From the human T2T-CHM13v2.0 reference genome, Homo sapiens: a DNA stretch of 64,000 bases. Numbering within the stretch: position 1 is the stretch's first letter; each line of letters begins with the position of its first letter. Location of the stretch: NCBI RefSeq assembly GCF_009914755.1, contig NC_060931.1; one strand, written 5' to 3'. Below the pieces are notes generated by a model, which worked only from the letters and a program-made list of their open reading frames with translations, was not told where the DNA came from and did no database searches. Shown in pieces: positions 1 to 23,055 of the stretch. The position numbers and the translations under genes are program-made.

Positions 1-261
1 GAAATTTCCCTTAAAAGGTAAAGGAGAAATAAAGACTTTTGTAGACAAGCAAATATTGAGGAAATTTGTTTTCAGTAGCCCTGCCTTACAAGAAATGCTT
101 TTAAAAATTCCTAGGAGGGAAAGAAAATAATGTAGGTCAAAAAGTCAGACCTACATAGAGAGACAAAGAGCATCAGAAACAGAATAAATTAAGGTAAAAT
201 AAAATTGCTTATTTTCTTATTCTTCATTGATCGACATTAATGTATTTAAAATAATAAGGCA
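1..261 (+). mobile_element. Old L1 (L1MC/L1M4-like), fragment 1: degenerate ORF1 3' end and start of inter-ORF region
   Basis: AAAGGAGAAATAAAGACTTT...GACAAGCAAA...CCTGCCTTACAAGAAATGC is homologous to the ORF1 C-terminus seen at 2135-2215; continues at 6369 after the L1PA insertion. Confidence 0.75.
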
Positions 262-266
262 ATCAT

Positions 267-1262
267 GGGAGGAGGTTCCAAGATGGCCAAATAGGAGCAG
301 CTCCAGTCTACAACTCCCAGCGTGAGTGATGCAGAAGACAGGTGATTTCTGCATTTCCAACTGAGGTACCACGTTCATCTCACTGGGGCTTGTCAGACAG
401 TGGGTGCAGCCCACGGAGTGTGAGCCAAAGAAGGGCGGGGCATCGCCTCACCCGGGAAGCATAAGGGGTCGGGGAATTCTCTTTCCTAGCCAAGGGAAGC
501 CATGACAGACAGTACCTGGAAAATCAGGACACTACCACCCTAATACTGCGCTTTTCCAAAGGAGATTATATCCCATGCCTGGCTCAGAGGGTCCCATGCC
601 CACGGAGCCTTGCTCACTGCTAGCACAGCAGTCTGAGATTGAACTGCAAGGCGGCAGCGAGGCTTGGGGAGGGCCGTCCACCATTACTGAGGCTTGACTA
701 GGTAGTAAACAAAGCGGCCGGGAAGCTTGAACTTGATGGAGTGCACCACAGCTCAAGGAGGCCTGCCTGCCTCTGTAGACTCCACCTCTAGGGGCAGGGC
801 ATAACTGAACAAAAGGCAGCAGAAATGTCTGCAGACTTAAACGTCACTGTCTGACAGCTTTGAAGAGAGTAGTGGTTCTCCCAGCACGGAGTCTGAGATC
901 TGAGAATGGACAGACTGCCTCTTCAAGTGGGTCCCTGACCCCCAAATAACCTAACTGGCAGGTACCTCCTAGTAGGGGCTGACTGACATCTCATACAGCC
1001 AGGTGCCCCTCTGAGATAAAGCTTCCAGAGGAAGGATCAGGCAGCAAAATTTGCCATTCTGCAATATTTGCTGTTCTGCAGCCTCTGCTGGTGATACCAA
1101 GGAAAACGGTGTCTGGAGTGGACCTCCAGCAAACTCCAACAGACCTGCAGCTGAGGGTTCTGACTATTAGAAGGAAAACTAACAAAGAGAAAGGACATCC
1201 ACACCAAAACCCCATCTGTATGCCACCATCATCAAAGACAAAAGGTAGATGAATCCACAAAG
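267..1262 (+). promoter_or_regulatory. L1 5'UTR internal sense and antisense promoter; YY1 site CAAGATGGCC; retains the ZNF93-bound segment (~1004-1134)
   Basis: YY1 motif at 279-288; carries the ~130-bp segment between CATACAGCCAGG and TCCAACAGACC that L1HS lacks. Confidence 0.75.
532..684 (-). pseudogene. L1 ORF0 remnant, frameshifted by a ~22-bp deletion
   Basis: MVDGPPQASLPPCSSISDCCASS matches the ORF0 N-terminus; deletion at ~559 relative to the copy at 58.3 kb. Confidence 0.7.
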
Positions 1263-2279
1263 ATCGGGAGAAACCAAAGCAGAAAAGCTGAAAATTCTAA
1301 AATCAGAGCGCTTCTTCTCCACCAAAGGAACGCGGCTCCTCACCAGCAACGGAACAAACCTGGATGGAGAATGACTTTGAGGAGTTGAGAGAAGAAGGCT
1401 TCAGAAGATCGGTAATAACAAACTTCCCTGAGCTAAAGGAGGATGTTCGAACTCATCACAAAATAGCTAAAAACCTTGAAAAGAGATTAGACGAATGGCT
1501 AGCTAGAATGAACAGCATAGAGAAGACCTTGAATGACCTGATGGAGCTGAAAACCATGGCACGAGAATTACGTGATGAATGCACAAGCTTCAGTAGCTGA
1601 TTTGATCAAGTGGAAGAAAGGGTATCAGTGATTGAAGATCAAAGGAATGAAATGAAATGAGAAGAGAAGTTTAGAAAAAAGAGTAAAAAGAAATGAACAA
1701 AGCCATCAAGAAATATGGGACTATGTAAAAAGACCAAATCTACATCTGATTGGTGTACCTGAAAGTGACGGGGAGAATGGAACCAAGTTGGAAAACACTC
1801 TTCAGGATATCATCCAGGAGAACTTCCCCAATCTAGCAAGGCAGGCCAACATTCAAATTCAGGAAATGCAGAGAACGCCACAAAGATACTCCTCGAGAAG
1901 AGCAACTCTAAGACACATAATTGTGAGATTCGCCAAAGTTGAAATGAAGGAAAAAATGTTAAAGGGAGCCAGAGAGAAAGGTCAGGTTACCCACAAAGGG
2001 AAGCCCATCAGACTAACAGCTGATCTCTCCACAGAAACTCTACAAGCTAGAAGAGAGGGGGGCCAGTACTCAAAATTCATAAAGAAAAGAATTTTCAACC
2101 CAGAATTTCATATCCAGCCAAACTAAGCTTCATAAAGGAGAAATAAAATCCTTTACAGACAAGCAAATGCTGAAGATTTTGTCACCACCAGGTCTGCTTT
2201 ACAAGAGCTCCTGAAGGAAGCACTAAACATGGAAAGGAACAACTAGTACAAGCCACTGCAAGAACATGCCAAATTGTAA
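1263..2279 (+). pseudogene. L1 ORF1p pseudogene (start ATG>ATC, stops and frameshifts)
   Basis: Fragments 1364-1600 and 1788-2126 (MENDFEELREEGFRR, QDIIQENFPNLARQ). Confidence 0.9.
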
Positions 2280-2342
2280 AGACCATCGATGCTAGGAAGA
2301 AACTGCATCAACTAACGAGCAAAATAACCAGCTAACATCATA

Positions 2343-6137
<3,795 letters not shown>

Positions 6138-6368
6138 ACAATGAGAACACTTGGACACAGGGTGGGGAACATCACACACTGGGGCCTGTCATGGGGTGGG
6201 GAGGGGGGAGGGATAGCATTAGGAGATATACCTAATGTAAATGATGAGTTAATGGGTGCCGCACACCAACATGGCACATGTATACATATGTAACAAACCT
6301 GCACATTGTGCACATGTACCCTAGAACTTAAAGTATATTAAAAAAAACAAAAATAAAATAATAAGGCA

Positions 6369-6513
6369 TTTGACTATGTATGCATATATATATACACACA
6401 TATATATATGCTTACGTATGCTTATATAATAATTAAAATTAATGACAGCAATTATACAAGTGGCAAGAGGGAGAAATTAGGAATATTATTTGGTTGTTAC
6501 AAGATATTTCCCA
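6369..6513 (+). mobile_element. Old L1MC-like element, fragment 2 (inter-ORF region with TA-rich tract)
   Basis: AATGACAGCAATTATACAAG...GAAATTAGG resembles L1M inter-ORF sequence; lies between the two nested insertions. Confidence 0.6.
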
Positions 6514-13824
<7,311 letters not shown>

Positions 13825-15630
13825 GAAAGTGGACTTGGATTAGTTGTAAATGTATATTGCAAACTCTAGGGCAACCACTAAATTTTCTTTTAAAGTATAG
13901 TATAACTGATATGTTAAGAAAGAAGAGCAAATGAAATCATATAAAATGCTCAATTAAAACCACAAAAGGCGAAAAAAGAGTGGAAGACAAAGATAGGAGC
14001 AAGAACAAGGGTAACAAATAGAAAATAGTAACACATAGAATAGATATTAATCCAAATATATTAATAACCACTTTTAACATCAATGGACATCAATGGTTTA
14101 AATGCATCAACTAAAAGACAGATAACAAGAAATCTACTTTAGATGAAATGACACATATATAAATTAAAAGTAGGGCTAGGCCAGGCCAGCACCCTTCAGC
14201 CTCACACTCCTCTCTCACATTACCATTTTTAAACTTTAAATTTAAAAAAAAAATTAAATAATTAAAAGTAAGTGGATGGGAAAAGATTTATTATGCTAAC
14301 AGTAATCAAGGAAAAGCAAGAATTACTATGTTAACTTTAGACAGAGCAGGCCTCACAGCAAGGTAAGTGATTAGGGATAAAGAGGGCCATTAGATGATTT
14401 AAAAAAAGATCAATATTCTAAAAAACATAACAATCCTTAATATTTATATGCCCAAAAACAGAAGGTCAAAACACATGATCCAAAAACACAGGGAACGGCA
14501 AGGAGATAGAAATGAGTCCACTATTACAGGTGGATACTTCAGTACACTTCTGCCAGAAATGATTGAATCCGACAGGCAGAAAATCAGTATGGAGATAGTT
14601 AAAGACAACAAAAGTATCAATCAGACAGACATATTTAATATATAATAGACTATTTACCACCACCAACAGGATACACATTTTTCTCAAGCTCTCATGGAAT
14701 ATGTACCAAGATAGACCACATTCTGAACCATAAAAGACACTATACAAATTAAATTTTAAAAAATCATACAATATCTGCACTCAGATAATTGAGTTAAGCT
14801 ACAAATCAATAACAAAAAGATAGCTAAAAAAAACCCTCAAAATATTTGGAGATTAAACCACACACTTTTACATTACACAAGTGAAAGAAGAAATCTCAAA
14901 GCAAGTTTTAAAATATTTTGAATTAACTAAAAATAAAAACACAACATTCTAAAATTTGTGAGCTGCAATGAAAACAGTGCTTAGAGAAAAATTAATGGCA
15001 TTTTATGTACATGTTAAAAGAAAAATCTAAAATTAACCTGAGCTTCCAACTTAGGAAACAAGAAAAAGAAGAACAAATCAAATCCAGAGTAAGTAGAAGA
15101 AAAGGAATAATAACAATTAAAGAAGAAATCAATAAAGTTGAAAACAGGAAATCAATAAAGAAAGTTAACTAAACCTAAATATGATTTTTTGAAAAGATCA
15201 ATAAAATTAATAAGCCTCTAGCTAACTAAGAAAGTTAACTAAAAATGAGGGAGGACACAAATTATTATCAAAAATAAAAGAATAAATATCTATACAGATC
15301 CTATGAACATGAAAGGGGTAATAAGTGAATACTACGAACAACTCTATGTTCAGTATAATGAGGAATACATATCCTTATGCATTTGTCCAAACCCATAGAA
15401 TGTACAATGCCAAGAGTGACCTCTAATGTAAACTATGGTCTTTGGGTGATAGTGAAGTGTCAATGTAGGTTCGTCAATATTCACAAATGAACCACTCTGG
15501 TGAAGGTTATTGATAAAAGAGAAGGGTAGGCATGTGTCAGGCAGGGTATATGTGGAAAATCTCAGTACCTTCTGCTCAATTTTGCTATGAATCTAAAACT
15601 TCCCTAAAAAATACAGTCCAATATTAAAAT
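13825..15630 (+). mobile_element. Old L1MC-like element, fragment 3: inter-ORF region, 5' part of ORF2, then a jump to the 3' end
   Basis: GAAAGTGGACTTGGATTAGTTGTAAATG; EN-domain remnants; at ~15350 joins the L1MC-type 3' end (TTTGTCCAAACCCATAGAATGTACA...TTTTGCTATGAATCTAAAACT). Confidence 0.8.
14173..14259 (+). other. Short retro-insertion of unknown origin with A-rich tail and 11-bp TSD
   Basis: AATTAAAAGTA at 14162-14172 and 14260-14270 flanks a ~58-nt body plus A/T tail that interrupts L1 ORF2. Confidence 0.7.
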
Positions 15631-15817
15631 AATGCTTAGATCCATTAACCAAAGAACCAGGGGCAGTATGCTTATTGAGTAAACCAAAATTTTTAAGAAA
15701 AATTAGAATCACACAAATTCATGCAAGTACAATGAAGAGAATAGTTGGTAAGGAAGAGAAAAAGCCATCTCCTGGTTGGAAAAAAAAAAAACATAATCAT
15801 AGGGAGATCAGTATTAC

Positions 15818-18080
15818 TGATATGATTTGGCTGTGTCCCCACCCAAATCTCATCTTGAATTCCCACACTTCGTGGGAGGGACCTGGTGGGAGGTAACTGA
15901 ATCATGGGGGCAGGTCTTTCCTATGCTGTTCTCATGATAGTGAGTAAGTCTCATGAGACCTGACGGTTTCATAAGGGGGAGTTTCCCTGCACAAGTTCTG
16001 TTCTCTTGTCTGCTGCCATGTGAGACATGCCTTTCACCTTCCACTATGATTGTGAGGCCTCCCCAGCCATGTGAAACTGTAAGTTGATTAAACCTCTTTC
16101 TTTTGTAAATTGCCCAGTCTGAGGTATGTCTTTATCAGCAGCATGAAAATGGACTAATACAGTGAACTGGTACCAGTAAAGTGGGGCACTGCTGAAAAGA
16201 TACCCAAAAATGTGGAAGCGACTTTGGAACTGGGTGACAGGTATAGGTGGAACAGTTTGGAGGGCTCAGAAGAAGACAGGAAAATGTGGGAAAGTTTGGA
16301 ACTTCCTAGAGACTTGTTGAATGGCTTTGATGAAAAGCCTGAGAATGATATGAACAATAAGGTCCAGGATGAGGTGGTCTCAGAGGGAGATGAGGAACTT
16401 GTTGGGAACTGGAGCAAAGGCAACTCTTACTATGTTTTAGCAAAGAGACTGGCAGCATTTTGCCCCTGCCGTAGAGATTTGTGGAACTTTGAACTTGAAA
16501 GAGATGACTTAGGGTATCTGGTAGAAGAAATTTCTAAGCAGCAAAGCATTCAAGAGGTGACTTGGGTGCTGTTAAAGGCATTCAGTTTTATGAGGGAAAC
16601 AGAGCATAAAAGTTTGGAAAATTTGCAGCCTGACAATGCAATAGAAAAGTAAATGGGCTTTTCTGAGAAGAAATTCAAGTGGGCTGTAGAAATTTGCATA
16701 ACTAATGAGGAGCTGAATGTTAATCACCAAGACGATGGGGAAAATGTTTCCAGGGCATGACAGAGACCTTGGAAGCAGCCTCTACTATCACAAGCTCAGA
16801 GGTTTCTGAGGAAAAAATGGTTTCCTGGGCCAGTCCCAGGGTCCCCATGCTGTATGCAACCTAGAAATTTGGTGTCCTGTGTCCCAGCTGCTCCAGCTGT
16901 GACTAAAAGGGGCCAAGGTACAGCTAGGGCTGTTGCTTCAGAGGGCGGAAGCCCCAAGCCTTGGCAGCTTCCATGAGGTGTTGAGCCTACGGTGCAGAGA
17001 AGTCAAGAATTGAGGTTTGGGAACCTCCACCTCAATTTCAGAGGATGTATGGAAATGCCTGAATGCCCAGGCAGAAGTTTGCTGCAGGGACAGGGCCCTC
17101 ATAGAGAACCTCTGCTAGGGCAGTACAGAAGGGAAATGTGGGGTCAGAGCCTCCGCACAGAGTCCCTACTGGACCACTGCTTAGTGGAGCTGTGAGAAGA
17201 GGGCCACCATCTTCCAAACCCCAGAATGGTAGATCCACCAACAGCTTGCACCATGCACCTGGAAAAGCTTCAGACACTCAACACCAGCCCATGAAAGCAG
17301 CCAGGAGAGGGGCTACATTCTGCAAAGCAACAGGGGTGGAGCTGCCCAAGACCATGAGAATCCACCTCTTGCATCTGTGTGACCTGGATGTGAGACATGG
17401 AATCAAAGGAGATCATTTTGGAAATTTAAGATTTGACTGCCCTGCCAGATTTCAGATTTGCATAGGGCCTGTAGCCCACTTTTTTTGGCCAGTTTCTCCC
17501 ATTTGGAATGGCTGTATTTACCCAATGCCTGCACCCTCACTGTATCTAGGAAGTAACTAACTTGCTTTTGATTTTACAGGCTCATAGGCGAAGGGACTTG
17601 GCTTGTTTCAGATGGGACTTTGGACTGTGGACATTTGAGTTAATGCTGAAATGGGTTAAGACTTTGGGGGACTGTTGGAAAGTCATGACTGGCTTTGAAA
17701 TATGAAGACATGAGATTTGGGAGGGATGGGGGCAGAATGATATGATTTGGCTGTGTCCCCACCCAAATCTTATCTTGAATTCCCACATGTTGTGGGAGGA
17801 ACCTGGTGGGAGGTAATTGAATCATGGGGCAGGTCTTTCCTATGCTGTTCTCATGATAGTGAGTAAGTCTCATGAGATCTGATGGTATCATAAGGGAGAG
17901 TTTCCCTGCACAATCTCTCTTCTCTTGTCTGCCACCATGTGAGATGTGTCTTTCACCTTCCACCATGATTGTGAGGCCTCCCCAGCCATGCGGAACTGTA
18001 AGTCGATTAAACCTCTTTCTTTTGTAAATTTCCCAGTGTTGGGTGTGTAATTACCAGCAGCATGAGAACGGGCCAATACA
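15818..18080 (+). mobile_element. Complete THE1B (ERVL-MaLR): LTR 15818-16161, internal 16162-17737, LTR 17738-18080
   Basis: TG...CA LTRs about 90% identical by manual count; 5-bp TSD ATTAC at 15813-15817 and 18081-18085; THE1-int peptide LEGSEEDRKMWESLELPRD. Confidence 0.95.
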
Positions 18081-20439
18081 ATTACATATACAAAATGTAT
18101 GTATCTACGGTTTTACCTTTTTGTGTTTTTCTATCTTTTTTTTAGACAAGAAATTAATGCAGGAGTTCTGACTACTGAGAGAACTGATAGAGATCCATGG
18201 GAAAGCAACCTAGGCCATAGAAAAAAGTCAGGTATCACTCTCTGATAATAGCAGCTAAACCAACACAAAGATGATTTCAGGGTATTTGGTATCTGATTTG
18301 ACATCCCCAAGTTTGGATCAGTCTCAGAGGGTTCAACTCTACAAATCACCAAAGATTTAGTCAGAAATTAATTAAGATTAACTAAATGTTATTAACTTAC
18401 CTATTTGCATTTGAATTTTAAAATCTCCTGGTAGTGGGGAGAGTTGTGGAATAATGTGGGCCAGCCAAGCAATGCTGGCTAGAAAGGTTCTTCATGCCCC
18501 CACACGGAGATATGATTATTTTCACAAAATGGTTTACAAATTATGCTCCTAAATACGTGACTTATTCCCACGATTTACTTTCTAGTGTTCTACGCTGTAG
18601 TCTTTTGACTTAGTTCTTGTATGTGTTTCAGATCCTACTAGGTGAATAACAGTAGAGACAGCATATTGTATAAGAAATTTAAGAAACAAGTGGGTAGTTG
18701 CAGCAAAAAAATTGTGAAGGATGCCATCAACCCCATGATTCTCTATTGTATAAGACTGTCTACTTGCATCATATCTCCTTAAATATTGTGATAACATCAT
18801 ACAAATGCTTTTAAATGTAATTCATATTTATGTAGGATTATATTCATTTTAGCTTCTTTTAAAATATTATCTTTCTATACAGAAAGCATACAATAATGGT
18901 AAAAGCCCTCAGCTAATTCTTTCAACATTCACTCAGCAAACATTTAATGAGAGTTTGTGCTTTGTTAAAACCAGTCCCAAGGGAAAGTGATTCCTCTCCA
19001 GAAAGCAGGGCTGTGACCTATATGTCACCACCCACCTGGAGACCACTTATCTAAACTGAGGGCAAAGAACCTGGGAGGAGATAAATCCGCTTCTTGGGTA
19101 CTGGCCTTTTGAAACTCAAAACTAAAAAGTGATGGCAAACATCAGACAGGCAATTACCTCAATAACAAGATTTTTTATCACTGTTATTATAATAGCCAAT
19201 CAAATTACCAAAGCAAACATGGGTGCCTACCTAATAAGCCTGTTTAAACCATCAGCAAGAATACGAACAGAAATATTTACAGGCAGAATTAGATTTATTC
19301 TAAGTAATTACCTGGTGATAGTAAATAAAAACATATACAACATCACCAAATACATACACACATGCATGCACATAGGCACATATACATATCAAAAAGCAAG
19401 ACCATTCCATTCATTATAATATGACAGCCCTTATTTAATTTTGTTAATTTCATACTAAGCTTGAATTTAATAAATGAACTAAAACTCTGAGCTTCACAAG
19501 TGAATAATAGGTAACTATTAATTATGTTCTTGGTATCAGAGGTATATAAGAGGAAATCTATTTTGGGGGGCTTATGAAACTACTACCTCCTAGGTACCAA
19601 CTCATAAAAGCCACATGACATTTGTTAATGTTCTGCAGTAAAGATTAATAACTCATTTCTTCAAATCTTTCTTTCCTCACAGCAGTCTGTGGATATGATA
19701 TACCCATAAATCTCATCTTGACTAAAACTTAAATTATACAGTCGAGCTTGTCTGATTGAGATATAACTACTGAACTAAAGTAGAGCCCGGTTCATCAAAA
19801 GTTTTACTTAGGTTTCTGAATAACTGTCAGCATATTTCAGCTGCGTATTATATAATCCAAAGCTATTTAATGGATAATAATATAAAATGTGATTGTAACA
19901 TATTCCTTCAGTCCCAATCATTTGAATTTGGATAATTCCAGTGGTGTGTCTTTGAGAAAAGATCCACACTTAAAAGACTAAAAAGACATGAGTATTATTA
20001 AGCAGAGTTTTTCTAATTCAATGGTGTTCTAGCAGTAAAATTCTTGCACTTGACGAACACTTGAATTTGGTCTATAAAGTCTAAGCTTCCCTTACAATTT
20101 CATCTACCTCCATTTATACATGCATTGATTTGTTTATAATAGTTTCTCAGTAAAATTACCATGTTATACCTTTAAAATAAATAAAATGAATACCAGCAAT
20201 AACCATGGTTTGTTTAGGCTGATCCATTTTTTAAAAGTATGAGTAATTTTTTAAGATGTAAACTTGAATTAAGACAGAGACTGTCAACTTCATTTTGGCC
20301 TCAAAACAATACAACAGCCATGCACATACTAAAGTCAACTGTCCCCATCATCAATAATCAAAATAAGTTAATGTGAAACATTCAGAAAATGTAAGTAATG
20401 ATACTTAAAATACACTTGACACTGTGCTCACAGTTTAGC

Positions 20440-21700
20440 ATTAATTGAATCTGCAAATATTTTTGAGTGTCTACTACATATCATGTTTCATATTACTGCA
20501 ATGGACTCTGGAGATATAATGAAACAAAACAGATATAACCCACTCTTCAAAGAATTCACAGTATATTAGGGGAGATAAATATTTAAACATATAACTATAA
20601 CACAATGTGGCAAACCCTTGAAGGTAAAAGGTGTCATAAAACCAAGCAGAAACTAGATAAAATAGGAACAAGTCATTCAAGTGAAAGTCAGTTCTTGCTA
20701 GTAAATTCACTGATTGATTCATTTAACAAATATATGCATGCCTATATACGATAGGCACTTGAGTGGGCAGAGTGGTAGGCACAGTCAAACATGGTCTCTC
20801 TCCTCATGTAGCTTATGGGCAGGTGGAAGAGACAGATTTTAATCAATCACACAAATGACTATAAATGGTTAAGTGCTATAAATGATAGGACGGAGAAATG
20901 CACATGACTTTGAGCACATAGGAAAAGGACATTGTCTACACAGAGGTCAGGGAAGACTTCCCAAAGGATGGGATGATAGGGCTCAAACAGGATGGGTGAA
21001 CAGGAAGTAACTACATCAAGAGTATAGTAAAAAGCATTTCGGAGAGATGGAGCAGTATATGCAAAGATCCTGTGGTGAAAGGAAGCAAGGGGAGAAAAAC
21101 ACACTGAAAGGATAATGGAGCTAGAGCAGAAAAATAATGACATGGTCCAAAGGGGCTGTAGAGGCTAGTAGGGCCAGCCCATGCAATCCTTTAGCTATAT
21201 AAAGGTGTCTTATTTTCTTTAATAAAGGGAGGGGCAAATAAAAGTTTATTCAGATAAATGCTGAAGAGTAAATGAGGGAGTCCAAGAAAGAAAAAAGCAT
21301 TACTTGAATGAGGGTCATGTGGTGAGGGTAAAGTTGTGATGTGGAGACAAATAGCTGGATTCAAGAGATGTTTAGAAATAGATTAAGGAATGACACCTGA
21401 GTTCCTGGCTTAAGTAACTGAATGGATAGTGATGTCCTTTACTGAGAAGACTGGTGTTCAAGAAAGAATAGAGAATCATGAATTTGGTTTTAAACATATT
21501 GAATTTTTGAAGCCTTGAAGATGTCCAGGAGGGGAAATGAAATAGGTAGCTAGACGTATGTCTGGAACTTGGAAGTGATGTATGGTCCATTATAATTTAT
21601 ATGACATCCACACTTAAGTGACAGGTGAGATGGACATTGAAGGAAGAACCTACTTAGAAGACAAGAAGGCTTAGAACTAAATATGATGGATTCCTAACTT
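20440..21700 (-). mobile_element. L2 fragments (two 3' ends, ~20440-20650 and ~20710-21700)
   Basis: GATTCATTTAACAAATAT...GGCACT and GAGGTCAGGGAAGACTTCC are reverse-complement L2 3'-region features. Confidence 0.7.
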
Positions 21701-21942
21701 CTAATTACATATAGGAAAATCTATTCTGATATTAAACTTTATTTTTCCCCCTTCTCCTTATTGAATTTTTTTGCGTGTTTTGCAAAATTGTTGTTTAAAG
21801 TCTGTGCGTGTTACACTGTCAGGTAAGTTAACCTTAATTAAATAATTATTAGTTTGCCCTATTTCAGAAATTATGCATTCAACCCTTTGATACAGAAAAC
21901 CTTTATTTTCCTAATCCAACACTATTATAACTTTCATATTAG

Positions 21943-22265
21943 CAGTTCTCAACCCCTTATCTGCAGCTCTAAAATCCAAAAAGCTCTGAAAACCAGAAGG
22001 ATTTTTTAAATTGGCACAAGCCCATTAGGTGATAAAATCATCCAGGAGATAAAGGCTATTAACAGTCTTTCTTTATTCCAGTTAGAGTAAATATTCGTAT
22101 GCTTTGCTGCAGATGTATTAATATGTTAGATTATGGGATGCTGCCTTAGGCCCTTCTGGGGGTGTCAAGTAATAATGTTGCACCATATTACTTTTCTAAA
22201 TCTAAAATATTGATAACTCCAAAACACATCTAACCCTAGGATTTTGGATAACACATTTTGCACCT
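21943..22265. mobile_element. TcMar-Tigger MITE, MER46C-like
   Basis: Degenerate inverted termini CAGTTCTCAACCCCTTATCTG / TTGGATAACACATTTTGCACCT; internal AAATCCAAAAAGCTCTGAAAACC. Confidence 0.55.
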
Positions 22266-22643
22266 CTTTTTGCTTATTGAGTAAATAGCACGTGGAAAAG
22301 ACTATCCTGCATGCTTTGAATATATAATATCTCATTTAATTTCATGACCTCATAAGGTGTCATGATATCATAAAACTCAAATAGGTCTCCACAGTTATTT
22401 TTAAGACTTCCCTGTATATAAAATTGTTTATTCTTTTTATAAATTATAGTATATCAAAAATTAAAATTCAAATTGATTGTATGCTATCTATTGAAGAAAT
22501 AGTATGAAGAACTGTCCTTTCCAATTCAACAGACCAACTGAATGAATGAAATATATATTCTTTTAATAAGAATTAATTGTCCAGGTATTAACAATATTAT
22601 ATGGTTATATTACTAAGCATATTTATATTTAGAACTTATGGAT

Positions 22644-23055
22644 TGATGTGGTTTTGACATTTGCCTCCCAATCTCATGCTGAAACATGACCTCCAGTGTT
22701 GGAGGAGGACCTAGTGGGAGGTGTTTTGGTCAGGGGGTGGATCCCTCATCAATGGCTTGGTGCTATTCTCATGATAATGAGTGAGTTCTCACTAGATCAC
22801 TTCACAACAGAGCTAGTTGTTTAAAAGAGCTTGGAAATTCCTCCTCTCTCTCTTTCTCTCTCTTGCCATGTGACACACCTGCTCCCTCTTCCCCTTCTGC
22901 CATGACTGTAAGCTCCCTGCAGCCTCAGCCAAAGCAGGTGCTGGCACTATGCTTCTTGTAGGATCTGCAGAACCATGAGCCAAAATAAACCTCTTTCTTC
23001 GTAAATGACCCAGCCTTAGGTATTCCTTTATAGAAATGCAAATTGGACTCACACA
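22644..23055 (+). mobile_element. MSTB-like solo LTR (MaLR)
   Basis: TG...ACACA termini; GGATCCCTCAT.AATGGCTTGGTGC; AAATAAACCTCTTT polyA region. Confidence 0.85.

Noticed and set aside
16212-17560. 140-146 aa ORFs as host genes
   Set aside because: They are THE1 internal-region remnants; the same peptide recurs at 56039-56422
18146-18231. Plus-strand exon-like segment (TTTTTTTAG...CAG/GTATCA) with one open frame
   Set aside because: No recognisable protein, weak donor, no partner exons
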